A stretch of 64,000 bases of DNA, the filler included. It is 4 parts of 4 records of this genome, joined end to end, with 100 filler letters (N's around TTAATTAATTAA, not from the genome) between each part and the next. Parts side by side here need not be neighbours in the genome. Positions count along the whole stretch, not along the records: positions 8,828 to 33,407 come from SRR31156797_14829; 3 more parts are not named here. One strand, 5' to 3'. A model generated the notes under the pieces. The model worked only from the letters and a program-made list of their open reading frames with translations. It had not been told where the DNA came from and did no database searches. A program made the translations under genes and the position numbers. Positions 8,862 to 19,140 of this stretch are shown here, piece after piece (the stretch's first letter is position 1; every line of letters starts with the position of its first letter).

Positions 8862-11768
8862 TTACAAAACCTGTCGAATATCCAAATCCAGCCCAGCATT
8901 TTCCATGGCCAAACTGTCACCGAGCACGCAGATGGAGCCATGCTTGGCGTTGATGCGCATGGCTTCGGCAAAAGCTCGGAAATCAGCTTCGGTCGCGTTC
9001 AATGCATCTTCACGAATGGTTTGTAAGAACGCATCGTCTTGATCAGTCAAATGCCGGACAAGCGCGGTAAAGCCCTTGGCGTCAGGCAACTGGTAGGTAT
9101 CGATTTCACCGATAGCGCCGATAACGGCTTTTTCAAGCTCATCCCCGGCAACATCGAAAGTGTCGAGATACTCGGCCACAGCGTCGAACGCGGCCACAGT
9201 GTCAGCCACGTTGGGATCACGATAAGAGACAAACGACATCGATCCAGCCATACGATCCATGAGGCAGAATGCGCCGTAGGCACCGCCCTGCACACGAACC
9301 TTTTCCCAGAGATACCCGGTACGAATAAGCTTGTTCACCACTTGAGCTGCGCCGGTGAAGTTGAAACCGTGCTCGGCCACGTTGCATCCTTTGCCCACAT
9401 AGTTGACCTGCGCAGGAATAGCGAGACCTTCACGAGTAGGCAGATCCGGGATGACACGGGCCACGACAGCGGCTTCGGATTCAGGCAGAGAAGCGACAAC
9501 TGAACCTATTTCGGTTTCAATGGGAGTGAAGGTAGCCCCATCCATAGTGGCGTTGATAATCAGGTTGTTCCGGGCAATAACGAGTGTACGCAGTTGCTCA
9601 AGATCCTGCGCCACGGATTGGAAATCTTCTTCGATACGTTGTTCGAGATGACGCAGAAAGTTCAAATTGGTCAGGCCGGACATGGCTTCTTCCATGGCAT
9701 GTCCAACGTGGGTCCGGGCACGAAGGCGCGTGGCGACCACCATGTGACCTGAAGGAACCAACCGCTGCTCGGCGCGGGCGCGGGCCTCGGAAACAATCCG
9801 GGAGAAGCGCTCTTTGTTGTCGAGCGTGGCCGAAGTCAGAATCTCGGTAAGAATTTCAAGGGTCGGGGCAAGCTTGTCGCCTGTGGCCTTGGTGCGGATG
9901 AAAAGTCGTGCAGCCGCATCCTGAGAATCACGGACCGGTGAAGAAAATGGCTGCGTCCAGATACCACCAGAAGTGCAGGCTATACGCTGGGACAGATCCA
10001 CATAATCACGCTTGGTCGTGCCAGACTCCAGCATTGCCCGACCAAAAACGCCCATGTATGGCAACAAATTCTCGGGTACGCAGGAAAGATCAAATCCAAA
10101 ATCGAGATACCCGATGCCGTTGGTAGGCAGGTCGTGATAGAGCATTTTCCGACCTGCGACTTCACGGATTTCCGTGGGGATAATCCGATTTTCACGCGGC
10201 AAATCAGCCACAGCCAGACGCGGAATGGAAGCAAGGGCTTCCGGGCTGTCAGGCGCGGCCTGCAATCGATTCAATTCCTCGGCATCCGCCATGACTGCGG
10301 CAATTTGATCATCAGTCATTGCGGCCTTGGCTGCGGCCAAACGATCAGATTCCACCTTTGACTGTTTGCGGGCCATCTTGTGATCCGGCTCAAGCAACAC
10401 GGTGGTCCGATGCGAATTGTGCAGGAAAAGACGCGCCAGCAATTCCTCGAATATCTTGTCACCGTTGGCAACCCATCCCTTGATGTTGTTGAGCGGTTCC
10501 TCAAAGGGCAGCAACCGAAGCGGATCGCCTTCTTCGTCGTCGTCATAGAGCCATGTCGACAAAGCTTGGAACATGAGGGAAAGACCACGCGGATATGAAC
10601 CGGTATTGTTCTCGCGCAGGGAAAACTCGACGGAGTTAATGGCCGCTTCGATATCACGGGCGTCAATGCCATTATCAACCAATTCCTTAATGGTGTGGAA
10701 GATGATGGACTCTACCTTAATGGCGTTGGACGGGTGCATGCCCTTAAGCCCCACGGAGAAGAACATCTGACGCATATCGGCCTCAAGACCGACACCCGCG
10801 AGGTCATCACCGAGGTTGGAATCCATGAGCGCTTTCTTGAGTGGCGAACTCGGCAGACCAACAAGGATATGCTCCAACACATGCAGGGCCAGGTTCAGAT
10901 TTGCATCCGCAGTTTCGGCTAAAAGCCAGTTGACCGTGAACATGCCCTTGGCCAACCGATCAGAGGCTGGGTACCCCTTACGCACGACCTTGGCCTCAGA
11001 GAAACGCTCCTGCAAAGGAATGCGAGTTGAGGTTACGTCGATGGGTTCGAACTTCGAGAAGACTGCATCCAGAATTTCAAGGCGCTTTTCCGGATCGTCA
11101 TCGCCATAGAAAAAGGCATAGCCGTTGGACGGATGGTAATGATCACGATGAAAGGTCATGAACTGCTCAAATGTCAGCTCCGGGATGATCGCGGGATCAC
11201 CGCCAGAATCCAATCCATAGGTAATATCCGGAAACAGGGATTGCTGGGAGTGTTCATACAACAGAGAATCCGGTGAAGAATACGCGCCCTTCATCTCGTT
11301 GAAGACCACACCTTTGTAGGTCATATCCTTATCTTTGCCATCCAGCTCGTAATGCCACCCTTCCTGCTTGAGGGTATTCTCGGTGAGACGGGGATAAAAG
11401 ACCGCGTCCAAATAAACATCCACCAAATTATAAAAATCCTGCACATTGGCTGAGGCTACGGGATAGCAAGTTTTATCCGGGAATGTCAGCGCATTAAGAA
11501 AAGTCTGAAGCGACCCCTTAAGCAATTCTACAAACGGCTCTTTAACCGGAAACTTGTCGGACCCGCACAAAACGGAATGTTCCAAAATATGGGCGATACC
11601 CGTAGAATCTTCGGGGGGGGTACGGAACGAGATGCCGAACACCTTGTTTTCATCGTCATTGATCATGGACAGGACGCGTGCGCCAGTCTTGTCATGACGA
11701 TAGACAATGGCCTTGGTGGCCATTTCCGCAATTTCCATTTCCCTGACTTTGGTAAAACCGTGGCTCAT
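8862..11768 (-). CDS. M16C insulinase/presequence-protease-like metallopeptidase
   Basis: HILEHSVLCGS (inverted HxxEH), KGVVFNEMKG and VRVQGGAYG. The start was taken at MSHGF. Confidence 0.93.
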   Translation of the reverse strand: MSHGFTKVREMEIAEMATKAIVYRHDKTGARVLSMINDDENKVFGISFRTPPEDSTGIAHILEHSVLCGSDKFPVKEPFVELLKGSLQTFLNALTFPDKTCYPVASANVQDFYNLVDVYLDAVFYPRLTENTLKQEGWHYELDGKDKDMTYKGVVFNEMKGAYSSPDSLLYEHSQQSLFPDITYGLDSGGDPAIIPELTFEQFMTFHRDHYHPSNGYAFFYGDDDPEKRLEILDAVFSKFEPIDVTSTRIPLQERFSEAKVVRKGYPASDRLAKGMFTVNWLLAETADANLNLALHVLEHILVGLPSSPLKKALMDSNLGDDLAGVGLEADMRQMFFSVGLKGMHPSNAIKVESIIFHTIKELVDNGIDARDIEAAINSVEFSLRENNTGSYPRGLSLMFQALSTWLYDDDEEGDPLRLLPFEEPLNNIKGWVANGDKIFEELLARLFLHNSHRTTVLLEPDHKMARKQSKVESDRLAAAKAAMTDDQIAAVMADAEELNRLQAAPDSPEALASIPRLAVADLPRENRIIPTEIREVAGRKMLYHDLPTNGIGYLDFGFDLSCVPENLLPYMGVFGRAMLESGTTKRDYVDLSQRIACTSGGIWTQPFSSPVRDSQDAAARLFIRTKATGDKLAPTLEILTEILTSATLDNKERFSRIVSEARARAEQRLVPSGHMVVATRLRARTHVGHAMEEAMSGLTNLNFLRHLEQRIEEDFQSVAQDLEQLRTLVIARNNLIINATMDGATFTPIETEIGSVVASLPESEAAVVARVIPDLPTREGLAIPAQVNYVGKGCNVAEHGFNFTGAAQVVNKLIRTGYLWEKVRVQGGAYGAFCLMDRMAGSMSFVSYRDPNVADTVAAFDAVAEYLDTFDVAGDELEKAVIGAIGEIDTYQLPDAKGFTALVRHLTDQDDAFLQTIREDALNATEADFRAFAEAMRINAKHGSICVLGDSLAMENAGLDLDIRQVL

Positions 11769-11979
11769 ATATGCTCTCTTTTTTGATGTCGTATACAACG
11801 CCGAAGGCAAAAACCATGTCCCTCCAACGTGAACCATCGGTATACACTACCTCGCCTCAGGGGCAAAGTATGGAAAAACACAAAAAAGACTTGACTCGGA
11901 CTCAGGTTAACCCTAGCTTGTTGAGAACGCGAATCATTCCTATATTTAATTTAACACGTTTGATAACAAGGATAATTAT

Positions 11980-12612
11980 ATGAGTACTGAACATAATCAC
12001 GAAGAAACGATGCCCGATTTTGCCAAAGTTGGACAACCCGTCCCGGAATTTGTCATGGAATCCTTTGACCCTATGGAGGGAGGATTTTGCGAAGTGGACC
12101 TTGGCGCATTGCGCAAAGAAGGCAAATGGGCGATCCTCTTTTTCTACCCGGCTGATTTCACTTTTGTCTGCCCCACGGAACTGGCTGATCTGGCCGCCAA
12201 GCACGAAGAGTTGAAAAAACTCGGTGCCGAAGTTATCTCCGTGTCCACGGACACCAAGTTTACCCATCTGGCCTGGAAAACAGACGAACGTCTGTTGGCC
12301 GATGTAAAATTCAAGATGGCAGCCGACCCCACTGGTGAAGTGTCCCGCTTCTTTGATGTATGGGACTTTGATACTGGTCTGGCTCTGCGTGGGACCTTTA
12401 TCATCAACCCTGAAGGTATGCTGGTTTCTTCGGAAGTGAACTACTACAACGTAGGCCGTAATGCGGACGAACTGGTCCGCAAGATGGAAGCAAATACCTA
12501 CCTCAAAGATCACCCCGCCGAAGCCTGCCCTGCCAAATGGACACCGGGTGAAAAGACACTGACCCCCAGTGAAAAAATGGTGGGTAAAGTATACGAAGCT
12601 CTCAACGACTAG
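11980..12612 (+). CDS. ahpC: Typical 2-Cys peroxiredoxin (AhpC/Prx1)
   Basis: FYPADFTFVCPTE peroxidatic motif and EACPAKW resolving Cys. Confidence 0.93.
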   Translation: MSTEHNHEETMPDFAKVGQPVPEFVMESFDPMEGGFCEVDLGALRKEGKWAILFFYPADFTFVCPTELADLAAKHEELKKLGAEVISVSTDTKFTHLAWKTDERLLADVKFKMAADPTGEVSRFFDVWDFDTGLALRGTFIINPEGMLVSSEVNYYNVGRNADELVRKMEANTYLKDHPAEACPAKWTPGEKTLTPSEKMVGKVYEALND

Positions 12613-12644
12613 TTACGATCTCACACTCTCGTAACTCCTGTTGC

Positions 12645-12681
12645 AAAAAACGCCCCTGTCGGATGGTCCGGCAGGGGCGTT
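12645..12681. terminator. Rho-independent terminator between convergent genes
   Basis: AAAAAACGCCCCTGTCGGA-TGG-TCCGGCAGGGGCGTT. Confidence 0.8.
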
Positions 12682-12705
12682 CATATTCAGTATTTTCTAA
12701 ACGAT

Positions 12706-13608
12706 CTAGCCAAGTACATCACTCAATGCATCATGAATCGACGAAAAATGAAAAGAATAACCGGCCTTGAGCAGCCGTTCGGGCTGGGCCATCTGTCCTG
12801 ACAAAAGCACTTCATCCGCCATTTCTCCGAACAAAAGTCGCAAGGCAATGCCCGGAACAGAAAAGGAGGAAGGTCGTCCCATGACTTTTCCAAGTGATTT
12901 GGCAAAGACACGAGAATTAACTGGCTCAGGCGAAGTCAAATTATACGGCCCACTGGTAGCCCGGTTTTCCATGAGAAATCGAATAGCGCCAACTTCATCC
13001 TTCATATGAATCCAAGACACTCCTTGCAGCCCTGACCCAACAGGACCACCCAGATACAATCGAAATGGAGTTGTCATCTTTTCAAGCGCCCCACCGTTGC
13101 CAAGCACCATGCCAGTACGAATGAGACATCGACGAACCCCCATGCCTTCCAACTCTGCGGTGGATGCCTCCCACTGTCGGGTCACCTCGGCCAAAAAACC
13201 GGTGCCGGACGGCGCATATTCATCGATCAACGCACTTCCACACGGGCCATAGTACCCGACAGCGGATGCCTGGATCATGACAGCAGGCAAAGATCCGCTT
13301 TTTTTCACGGCCTCTACCAAACGCTTGCCTACGTTAACGCGGCTTTCAAGTATCCGCTGCTTACGCGAACCAGTCCAACGCCCTGCTGCGATATTTGCTC
13401 CGGCCAGATTGACTATGGCTGTATCCGGTCCGATCAAATCGGGCCAGTCACCGTTTTCCCAATCCATGCCAATGACACCCGTTTCAAATGCTTCGGCCAC
13501 CTTTTTCGGACGTCGAGAAAGGATCACGATTTCCCAATCGTGAGCCTTCAACTCCTCTACCAAAGATCTACCTATAAAGCCGGTTCCTCCGGCAATTATT
13601 GCACGCAA
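12706..13608 (-). CDS. TIGR01777/YfcH family NAD-dependent epimerase
   Basis: GGTGFIG, VNLAGANI, ASAVGYYG and SWIHMKD motifs. Confidence 0.92.
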   Translation of the reverse strand: MRAIIAGGTGFIGRSLVEELKAHDWEIVILSRRPKKVAEAFETGVIGMDWENGDWPDLIGPDTAIVNLAGANIAAGRWTGSRKQRILESRVNVGKRLVEAVKKSGSLPAVMIQASAVGYYGPCGSALIDEYAPSGTGFLAEVTRQWEASTAELEGMGVRRCLIRTGMVLGNGGALEKMTTPFRLYLGGPVGSGLQGVSWIHMKDEVGAIRFLMENRATSGPYNLTSPEPVNSRVFAKSLGKVMGRPSSFSVPGIALRLLFGEMADEVLLSGQMAQPERLLKAGYSFHFSSIHDALSDVLG

Positions 13609-13782
13609 TTATATACCCTTCGTGTTTTTCACCCACCCAATCATCGTGGGTATATCCGAAAATAACACGGAACACGGTATAATTCCAAACAATAAAAACT
13701 CTTATTGGTAAAAACGCGAAAAAGTCCCGAAAAGGAGCAAAACGCTCTCTAGGGAGAAGAAGGGACGTGAGACAAAAGGAAG

Positions 13783-15975
13783 TTAGGCGTCAGGTAATTC
13801 CAGAACAAAGACCGTACCCACCGGATCATTGGCCAAAGCACGAACCTGCCCACCATGATCTGATACAATAGACCGGACAATGGTCAAACCAAGACCGGTA
13901 CCACTCTTTTTCTCGGTGTAATACGGCTCAAACAAACGAGAGGAATCCTTAGGCAAACCAGGACCATTATCGGCCACAAACACCATGACCCTCCCATTCT
14001 TTACATCATGGCTCGCGGTGATGGAAACCTGCGCATCATACACTTCTTTCAAAGCTTCGGCTGCATTGGTCAGCAGATTGATGAGCACTTTACGGATGGC
14101 TTCGCGGTCAAAGGGGAATTCATTGATCGGAGATTCGAAGTTGAGACTCCAGCTGATCTCGCGATGTGTATTCTCGAACATGGCCGTGACCTCTTCCAGA
14201 AGTGGGGCCAAAAAGTCAGATTCCGGTTGTATTTCCGGCAACTTGGCATAGGCAGAAAACTCTGTGACCATATTCTGTAACCGCTCCACCTGATTGACGA
14301 TAAGGCCGGTGCATTGGTCAAAGGTCGGCTCCCCAATATTCTCGCCATATTTACGCTGCAACCGTTGTGCGGACAGCTTGATGGGGGTAAGCGGATTCTT
14401 GATCTCATGGGCGATACGTCGGGCCACTTCGCGCCACGCCGCCAACCGCTGTATTTTTTCCAGCTCGGTTATGTCTTCAAACACAGCCACATGACCGGCG
14501 TCGCGGCCACCCATGTTCTTCAACGAGACCACGTTAACCAACACCTTGATGGTCTTGCCACGCACCGGCAAATCCAACTGACGTTGCCATACGCCCCCGG
14601 ATTTAGCGGAAAGTTGCTCCAACGCGTCAGTCATCATCTGGGCAAAATCTCCAGACAACAAATGATGCGGTTTTCTCCCGATAAGGATTGAACCAGGAAT
14701 ACCAAGAATACTCTCAGCGGCCGTATTTACGGTACCGATTCGCCCCTCGGAATCCATTGAAATAACACCAGAAGTAATATTATTGAGAACAGCTTCAATA
14801 TATTGACCACGCCGTTCCAATTCCTGATTCTGCTGGGCCAGTCGAACATTGGCCTGCTGCACGGATTCCTGACTCTGCTCCAAATCCTCTGCCATGCGAT
14901 TGAATGACTGGACCAGAAAACCCAGCTCGTCATCAGACCGATCTTCAAGACGCACGGACAGATCGCCTCGACCAATGCGTTCCGTACCTGCCGCCAATGC
15001 CTGAACAGGCGCGGACAGCTCCTTGGCCAAACGAAATCCGAACCAGATGGCACCAAGGATGATGAGTAAAGCCATGACACCGAGCGTCAGGTAAAGGTTC
15101 ATCTTCCACGGATATTTGCGAGTCTTGAGTTTTTTATATTCATCAAGGCCGCGCACAATCTGATCAAGTCGATGCAATAACCCCTGTCCCACGGTCTCGC
15201 CGATCACCAAATAGCCCGACCGCCCCTCGTCAACGGGCGTGACCCCAAGCACAAGGTCACTACCGGGTTTGGGAATAATGGTCGTCCATGAACGCGGATC
15301 TGCCTTGAGGGACTGCCAGTCGATCTTCGCCTTGATCTCTGGCCACGCTTCACGCCACTGAGACGCGGCATGTGTATTCTGTTCATTGCCTTCAGGGTTG
15401 ATAACGCCAACCAAACTGAGATCATACTCCCCAAATTTCTTTTCGAGATACCGGTCCATAGCCTTGCCACCCCACGCATACTTGGACGTAATGATCTCAC
15501 CGATCATGACCGATCCTCGTCGCTCAAGGCGATCCTGAGCTGAACCATAAAAAGCACGGCCCAATTCCAAAGCCTGTTCCATGGATTCTTCGACCTGGCC
15601 CTTGAACCAATAGTCCACCGAAGTCTGCACAAACTTTACGGATACCAGATAGATAAGCACTGTGGGAATAAGGGAAAGGGAAATAAACGCCAAAACCAGA
15701 CGGGTCCTAAGCTTGGACCCAAGCACCTTGCGGCGACGTTCCAAAATAAGCCGGACCGCGTTTCTCGCCACATAAAACAACATGGCCAGCAACAGGACCA
15801 CGTTGAGAATAAGCAGATTCAAAATGAGATAATAATCACCGCTCAAATATTTCAATTCAGCCCAAGTAAGGCTGACGATCAGCACCACAAAAACCACGGC
15901 CAAAATATATTCCCGTTTGCGCCGCTTTTTTTCTCGGCGTGTCGAGGAGCTTATGCGGATTGGATCGGGAGTCAT
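13783..15975 (-). CDS. NtrY-like sensor histidine kinase (TM, HAMP, PAS, HisKA, HATPase)
   Basis: AWREVARRIAHEIKNPLTPI, NLLTNA, DNGPG and GTGLGL motifs. Confidence 0.92.
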   Translation of the reverse strand: MTPDPIRISSSTRREKKRRKREYILAVVFVVLIVSLTWAELKYLSGDYYLILNLLILNVVLLLAMLFYVARNAVRLILERRRKVLGSKLRTRLVLAFISLSLIPTVLIYLVSVKFVQTSVDYWFKGQVEESMEQALELGRAFYGSAQDRLERRGSVMIGEIITSKYAWGGKAMDRYLEKKFGEYDLSLVGVINPEGNEQNTHAASQWREAWPEIKAKIDWQSLKADPRSWTTIIPKPGSDLVLGVTPVDEGRSGYLVIGETVGQGLLHRLDQIVRGLDEYKKLKTRKYPWKMNLYLTLGVMALLIILGAIWFGFRLAKELSAPVQALAAGTERIGRGDLSVRLEDRSDDELGFLVQSFNRMAEDLEQSQESVQQANVRLAQQNQELERRGQYIEAVLNNITSGVISMDSEGRIGTVNTAAESILGIPGSILIGRKPHHLLSGDFAQMMTDALEQLSAKSGGVWQRQLDLPVRGKTIKVLVNVVSLKNMGGRDAGHVAVFEDITELEKIQRLAAWREVARRIAHEIKNPLTPIKLSAQRLQRKYGENIGEPTFDQCTGLIVNQVERLQNMVTEFSAYAKLPEIQPESDFLAPLLEEVTAMFENTHREISWSLNFESPINEFPFDREAIRKVLINLLTNAAEALKEVYDAQVSITASHDVKNGRVMVFVADNGPGLPKDSSRLFEPYYTEKKSGTGLGLTIVRSIVSDHGGQVRALANDPVGTVFVLELPDA

Positions 15976-15990
15976 CTGGCTTGGCCTTTC

Positions 15991-16563
15991 CTAGTAGGTA
16001 AAATCAAGCTGAAAAGAGTTGTCTGCTCCGGCATCCCAGGACCAGAAATAGACATATCGCATGACGCCTTCGGGTGCATCTTTTTCAGTCATGGAGGTGT
16101 GCAACCGCAAACTGTATTTGGTCCCTCGGTCCAACAAAGCCCACGATCCGAGGCTTGCTTCGATAACACCCCACCCATCTTCAAGCAGTTGACCAATATC
16201 CTTATTGCGAAGCGGTGTCTCACGATCCGGCAAACTCATGACAAACTCACGTTTCAAGGCATCAAACTCAAGAACACTCTTAAAAGTGACCGAAGCCAGT
16301 TCGCTGTCGAGCCAATAATTATTTTCTTCGTAAAGATTCACCGAGCATTTGAGGACCAAAACGGCACCATCTTCCAGCTCGCCTTTAAGGACCGGTTTCT
16401 CTTCCACCGTCACACCGAACCGGGCGGTCAGCCTGCCGTTCACATTGGCAAGCGACGGGGCCATGAGGCTCAGGCTCTGTGCAGAAGCAATTCCGGTAAA
16501 TATAAACACAGTCAGGATGATTCCGAGAAGTGTCCCGACTTGCTTGTATGCAGTGTACGTCAT
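15991..16563 (-). CDS. DUF4390-like exported protein
   Basis: Signal peptide, position directly upstream of an NtrY-like kinase, C-terminal YFWSWD. Confidence 0.65.
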   Translation of the reverse strand: MTYTAYKQVGTLLGIILTVFIFTGIASAQSLSLMAPSLANVNGRLTARFGVTVEEKPVLKGELEDGAVLVLKCSVNLYEENNYWLDSELASVTFKSVLEFDALKREFVMSLPDRETPLRNKDIGQLLEDGWGVIEASLGSWALLDRGTKYSLRLHTSMTEKDAPEGVMRYVYFWSWDAGADNSFQLDFTY

Positions 16564-16697
16564 TATCTTCAAGGATGTACCAGTCGTAGTTGCAAAGAAC
16601 AAGTAGCCCGGCCTTGTGTTTTCCCTGCGGATTGAAGTACCATGTAAGAAACGAAAACCAATTTCCATATTCAACTAATCACAATGGAGTCAGTCAT

Positions 16698-17582
16698 ATG
16701 CAAAAGGAGCTCCTGCTCGCCATCGGCGATGACCGCGCCGCGTCATTCAATTTGCGTTTTCTCAAAGACTTGTTCGATGACGTCTGCGACATCAAGTTGA
16801 CCCTCTTTTATGTCGCCCCAAAACTTGCCTCCTGGAATATGCATGAAGACACGCTCGCCCCCATGGGAGACAGTCTCATAGAACTCATGGCTCACAAAAA
16901 AGACAAGGGTGAAAAGGCCCTTGATGAAGCCCTGCGCTGGCTCAAGAACAGAACGGGCTGTCCCGGCGACAATGTGAACACCAAGGTCGTTCATTCCAAA
17001 ACAGGCACGGTCCGTGAACTTATCGACGAGTGCAGAAACGGTCTTTATGACGCCATGCTGCTTGGCCGAAAAGGATTCACATGGTTTGAGGAAGTATTCG
17101 AAAATTCGGTCTGTCACGAATTAATCTGGCAGGATATCGATTTCCCCATCTGGGTCTGCAAACGACCGACCGGTGTCCCGCGTCAAAATATTCTGCTGTG
17201 TCTGGATGGTTCAGACGCCAGCCTGCGCATGGCTGACCATGCCTCATATATCTTGGCCGATGAAAAAAAACACTCCTTCACTCTGTTTCATGCAGCAAAA
17301 TGGGATTACGAAACCACCATCGCAGAACAGTATTTCAGTAAGGCTGCAAAAATCATGAAGGAAAACGGTGTCTCAAAAGATCGCATAAAATTCAGGTCTG
17401 TTGTGGCCAAAAATGTGGTTAAGGCTATCCTTCAAGAAGCCGCTGTTTCCTCCTATGCCGCGGTAGGGGTAGGACGACGCGGCACCACCAAACGGAATAA
17501 GAAAGAAAACATGTTTCCGACCTCTGTTTCCATCAATCTCCTGCGCCAACTCACCGACACGGCTTTGTGGGTGAGTAAATAG
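16698..17582 (+). CDS. Tandem universal stress protein (USP)
   Basis: LLLAIGD, LLGRKG, ILLCLDGS and VGVGRRG motifs. GGAG RBS precedes ATG 16698. Confidence 0.88.
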   Translation: MQKELLLAIGDDRAASFNLRFLKDLFDDVCDIKLTLFYVAPKLASWNMHEDTLAPMGDSLIELMAHKKDKGEKALDEALRWLKNRTGCPGDNVNTKVVHSKTGTVRELIDECRNGLYDAMLLGRKGFTWFEEVFENSVCHELIWQDIDFPIWVCKRPTGVPRQNILLCLDGSDASLRMADHASYILADEKKHSFTLFHAAKWDYETTIAEQYFSKAAKIMKENGVSKDRIKFRSVVAKNVVKAILQEAAVSSYAAVGVGRRGTTKRNKKENMFPTSVSINLLRQLTDTALWVSK

Positions 17583-17618
17583 AGACGCCTCCGGCGACTA
17601 AAGAAAGAAAAGAAAAAA

Positions 17619-17674
17619 CAAACCAATAAAGCCCCTCTGCATTCAAAAGAAGACAGAGGGGCTTTATTGGTTTG
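17619..17674. terminator. Bidirectional terminator (21-bp perfect inverted repeat)
   Basis: CAAACCAATAAAGCCCCTCTG ... CAGAGGGGCTTTATTGGTTTG between convergent genes. Confidence 0.8.
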
Positions 17675-17685
17675 CATCCTGTGGG

Positions 17686-18384
17686 CTATATGAAAGGCAG
17701 GGCTATGAAATAGCCTCCAAGCACACAGATAAGGATTCCAGCAAGACGTCGAAACAACGTTCCGCCACGTTGCCAACGGTTGCTCTCCAAAAGTTTACGC
17801 ACAAGCGATGTCGAACTTCCGGCAACAACAATAGGAATACAATGTCCAAGGCCAAAGAGCAGGATAAGCAGTATGCCGGTGGCGACCTGCTCTTGCACCG
17901 TAATAATAGCAAGAATAGGAGCTATAAAACCGAAGGTACAGGACCCGGAAAGGATTCCATAAGCCAGACCGAGGGCAAACGCTCCGAGAAAACCCTTGAG
18001 CTTCAATCGCCCCATAAGGCTACCGGAGACAGGACATTTGGTAATACCCAACATGTCCAGCCCCACCCAAAGAAGTATAAGGCCGACAACAATTGACCAC
18101 CAAGAACCGATATCTCCCATCATTCGGCCAAGCATGGCACAGACGACACCGATCAAAGTGATGGTGATAAACAAGCCGAGCGTAAACAAAACCGCGTATC
18201 CAGCGGCCTTTCTGCCCTCAATAATTTCACTCTGCCCACCGACATATCCCACAATAAGTGGAATGGACGCCAAGTGACAGGGAGAAAAAAGGACGCTCAC
18301 CATGCCCCAAAGAAAACAGCCCACGGCAGCGAGAGTTGTACCACTTACCATCCATTGATTGATAATCAAAAAGAATTGATCCAC
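17686..18384 (-). CDS. ccdA: CcdA/DsbD transmembrane disulfide reductase
   Basis: FSPCHLASIP and SGSCTFG cysteine motifs, with about six TM helices. Confidence 0.88.
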   Translation of the reverse strand: MDQFFLIINQWMVSGTTLAAVGCFLWGMVSVLFSPCHLASIPLIVGYVGGQSEIIEGRKAAGYAVLFTLGLFITITLIGVVCAMLGRMMGDIGSWWSIVVGLILLWVGLDMLGITKCPVSGSLMGRLKLKGFLGAFALGLAYGILSGSCTFGFIAPILAIITVQEQVATGILLILLFGLGHCIPIVVAGSSTSLVRKLLESNRWQRGGTLFRRLAGILICVLGGYFIALPFI

Positions 18385-18392
18385 GGGCCAAC

Positions 18393-18809
18393 CTACTTCG
18401 CACCCAGTTCAGTCAGCTTGGTGACAATGCTCTCCTTGTCAAAAAAACCAACATGTCGAAACTGTTCCTTGCCTTCGGCATCGTAAAATATCTGCGTCGG
18501 GATAGATTTGATGCCATATTTCTTGGCTTCGGCTCTGTGCTCCCACACATCGATAAACACAATGGCTACACGGCCTTCGTACTCTTTAGACAATTCCTCA
18601 ATGACAGGCGTCATCATCTTGCACGGAATACAGGAATGAGCACCTATGTCCACCATGGTAATCATACCTGGAACGGGAACATTCTGAGGATCACCGGAAA
18701 TCAGTTCAGCGGGGGATTTTACTTTACCCTCCCCTTGCGAATGTGCCGCCAGCGGCATACCCACAAGAATCAAAACGAGCAAAAACGCGGTCATATTCCT
18801 TGTAATCAT
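18393..18809 (-). CDS. Exported thioredoxin-family protein
   Basis: CIPC active site, IPTQIF cis-Pro and an N-terminal signal peptide. Confidence 0.9.
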   Translation of the reverse strand: MITRNMTAFLLVLILVGMPLAAHSQGEGKVKSPAELISGDPQNVPVPGMITMVDIGAHSCIPCKMMTPVIEELSKEYEGRVAIVFIDVWEHRAEAKKYGIKSIPTQIFYDAEGKEQFRHVGFFDKESIVTKLTELGAK

Positions 18810-18891
18810 CAATTCTCCATGCGTTGTTCTGGAAACCGCTTTCACGATCTCATAATTGTTTTCCAAAAAACCGTGCCTCAACTGGCCTGAT

Positions 18892-19119
18892 TTACAACCA
18901 GCTGAGGACATCCTTTTTACTCGGGGCTTTTCCGACAACTTTCACTTCGCCGTCGATGACTACGGCTGGCGTGGAAAAAATACCGTATTTAGCGATTTCC
19001 TGAAAATCTTTGACCTTTTCGATTTCAGCGTCGACGCCTGCTTCAGCAACAGCTTCACGCACGATTTTTTCGGCCTGTTCACATTTGGCGCATCCGGGGC
19101 CCATAACGAGAATCTTCAT
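18892..19119 (-). CDS. Small redox-active disulfide protein (MTH895-like thioredoxin)
   Basis: GPGCAKC and TPAVVIDG motifs, 75 aa. Confidence 0.9.
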   Translation of the reverse strand: MKILVMGPGCAKCEQAEKIVREAVAEAGVDAEIEKVKDFQEIAKYGIFSTPAVVIDGEVKVVGKAPSKKDVLSWL

Positions 19120-19140
19120 AACTAACTCCTGTATGATTGA

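Noticed and set aside
11915-11975. Fur/PerR-like box upstream of ahpC
   Set aside because: Only weak partial dyad symmetry (TGAGAAC...ATCA), which is insufficient to call.
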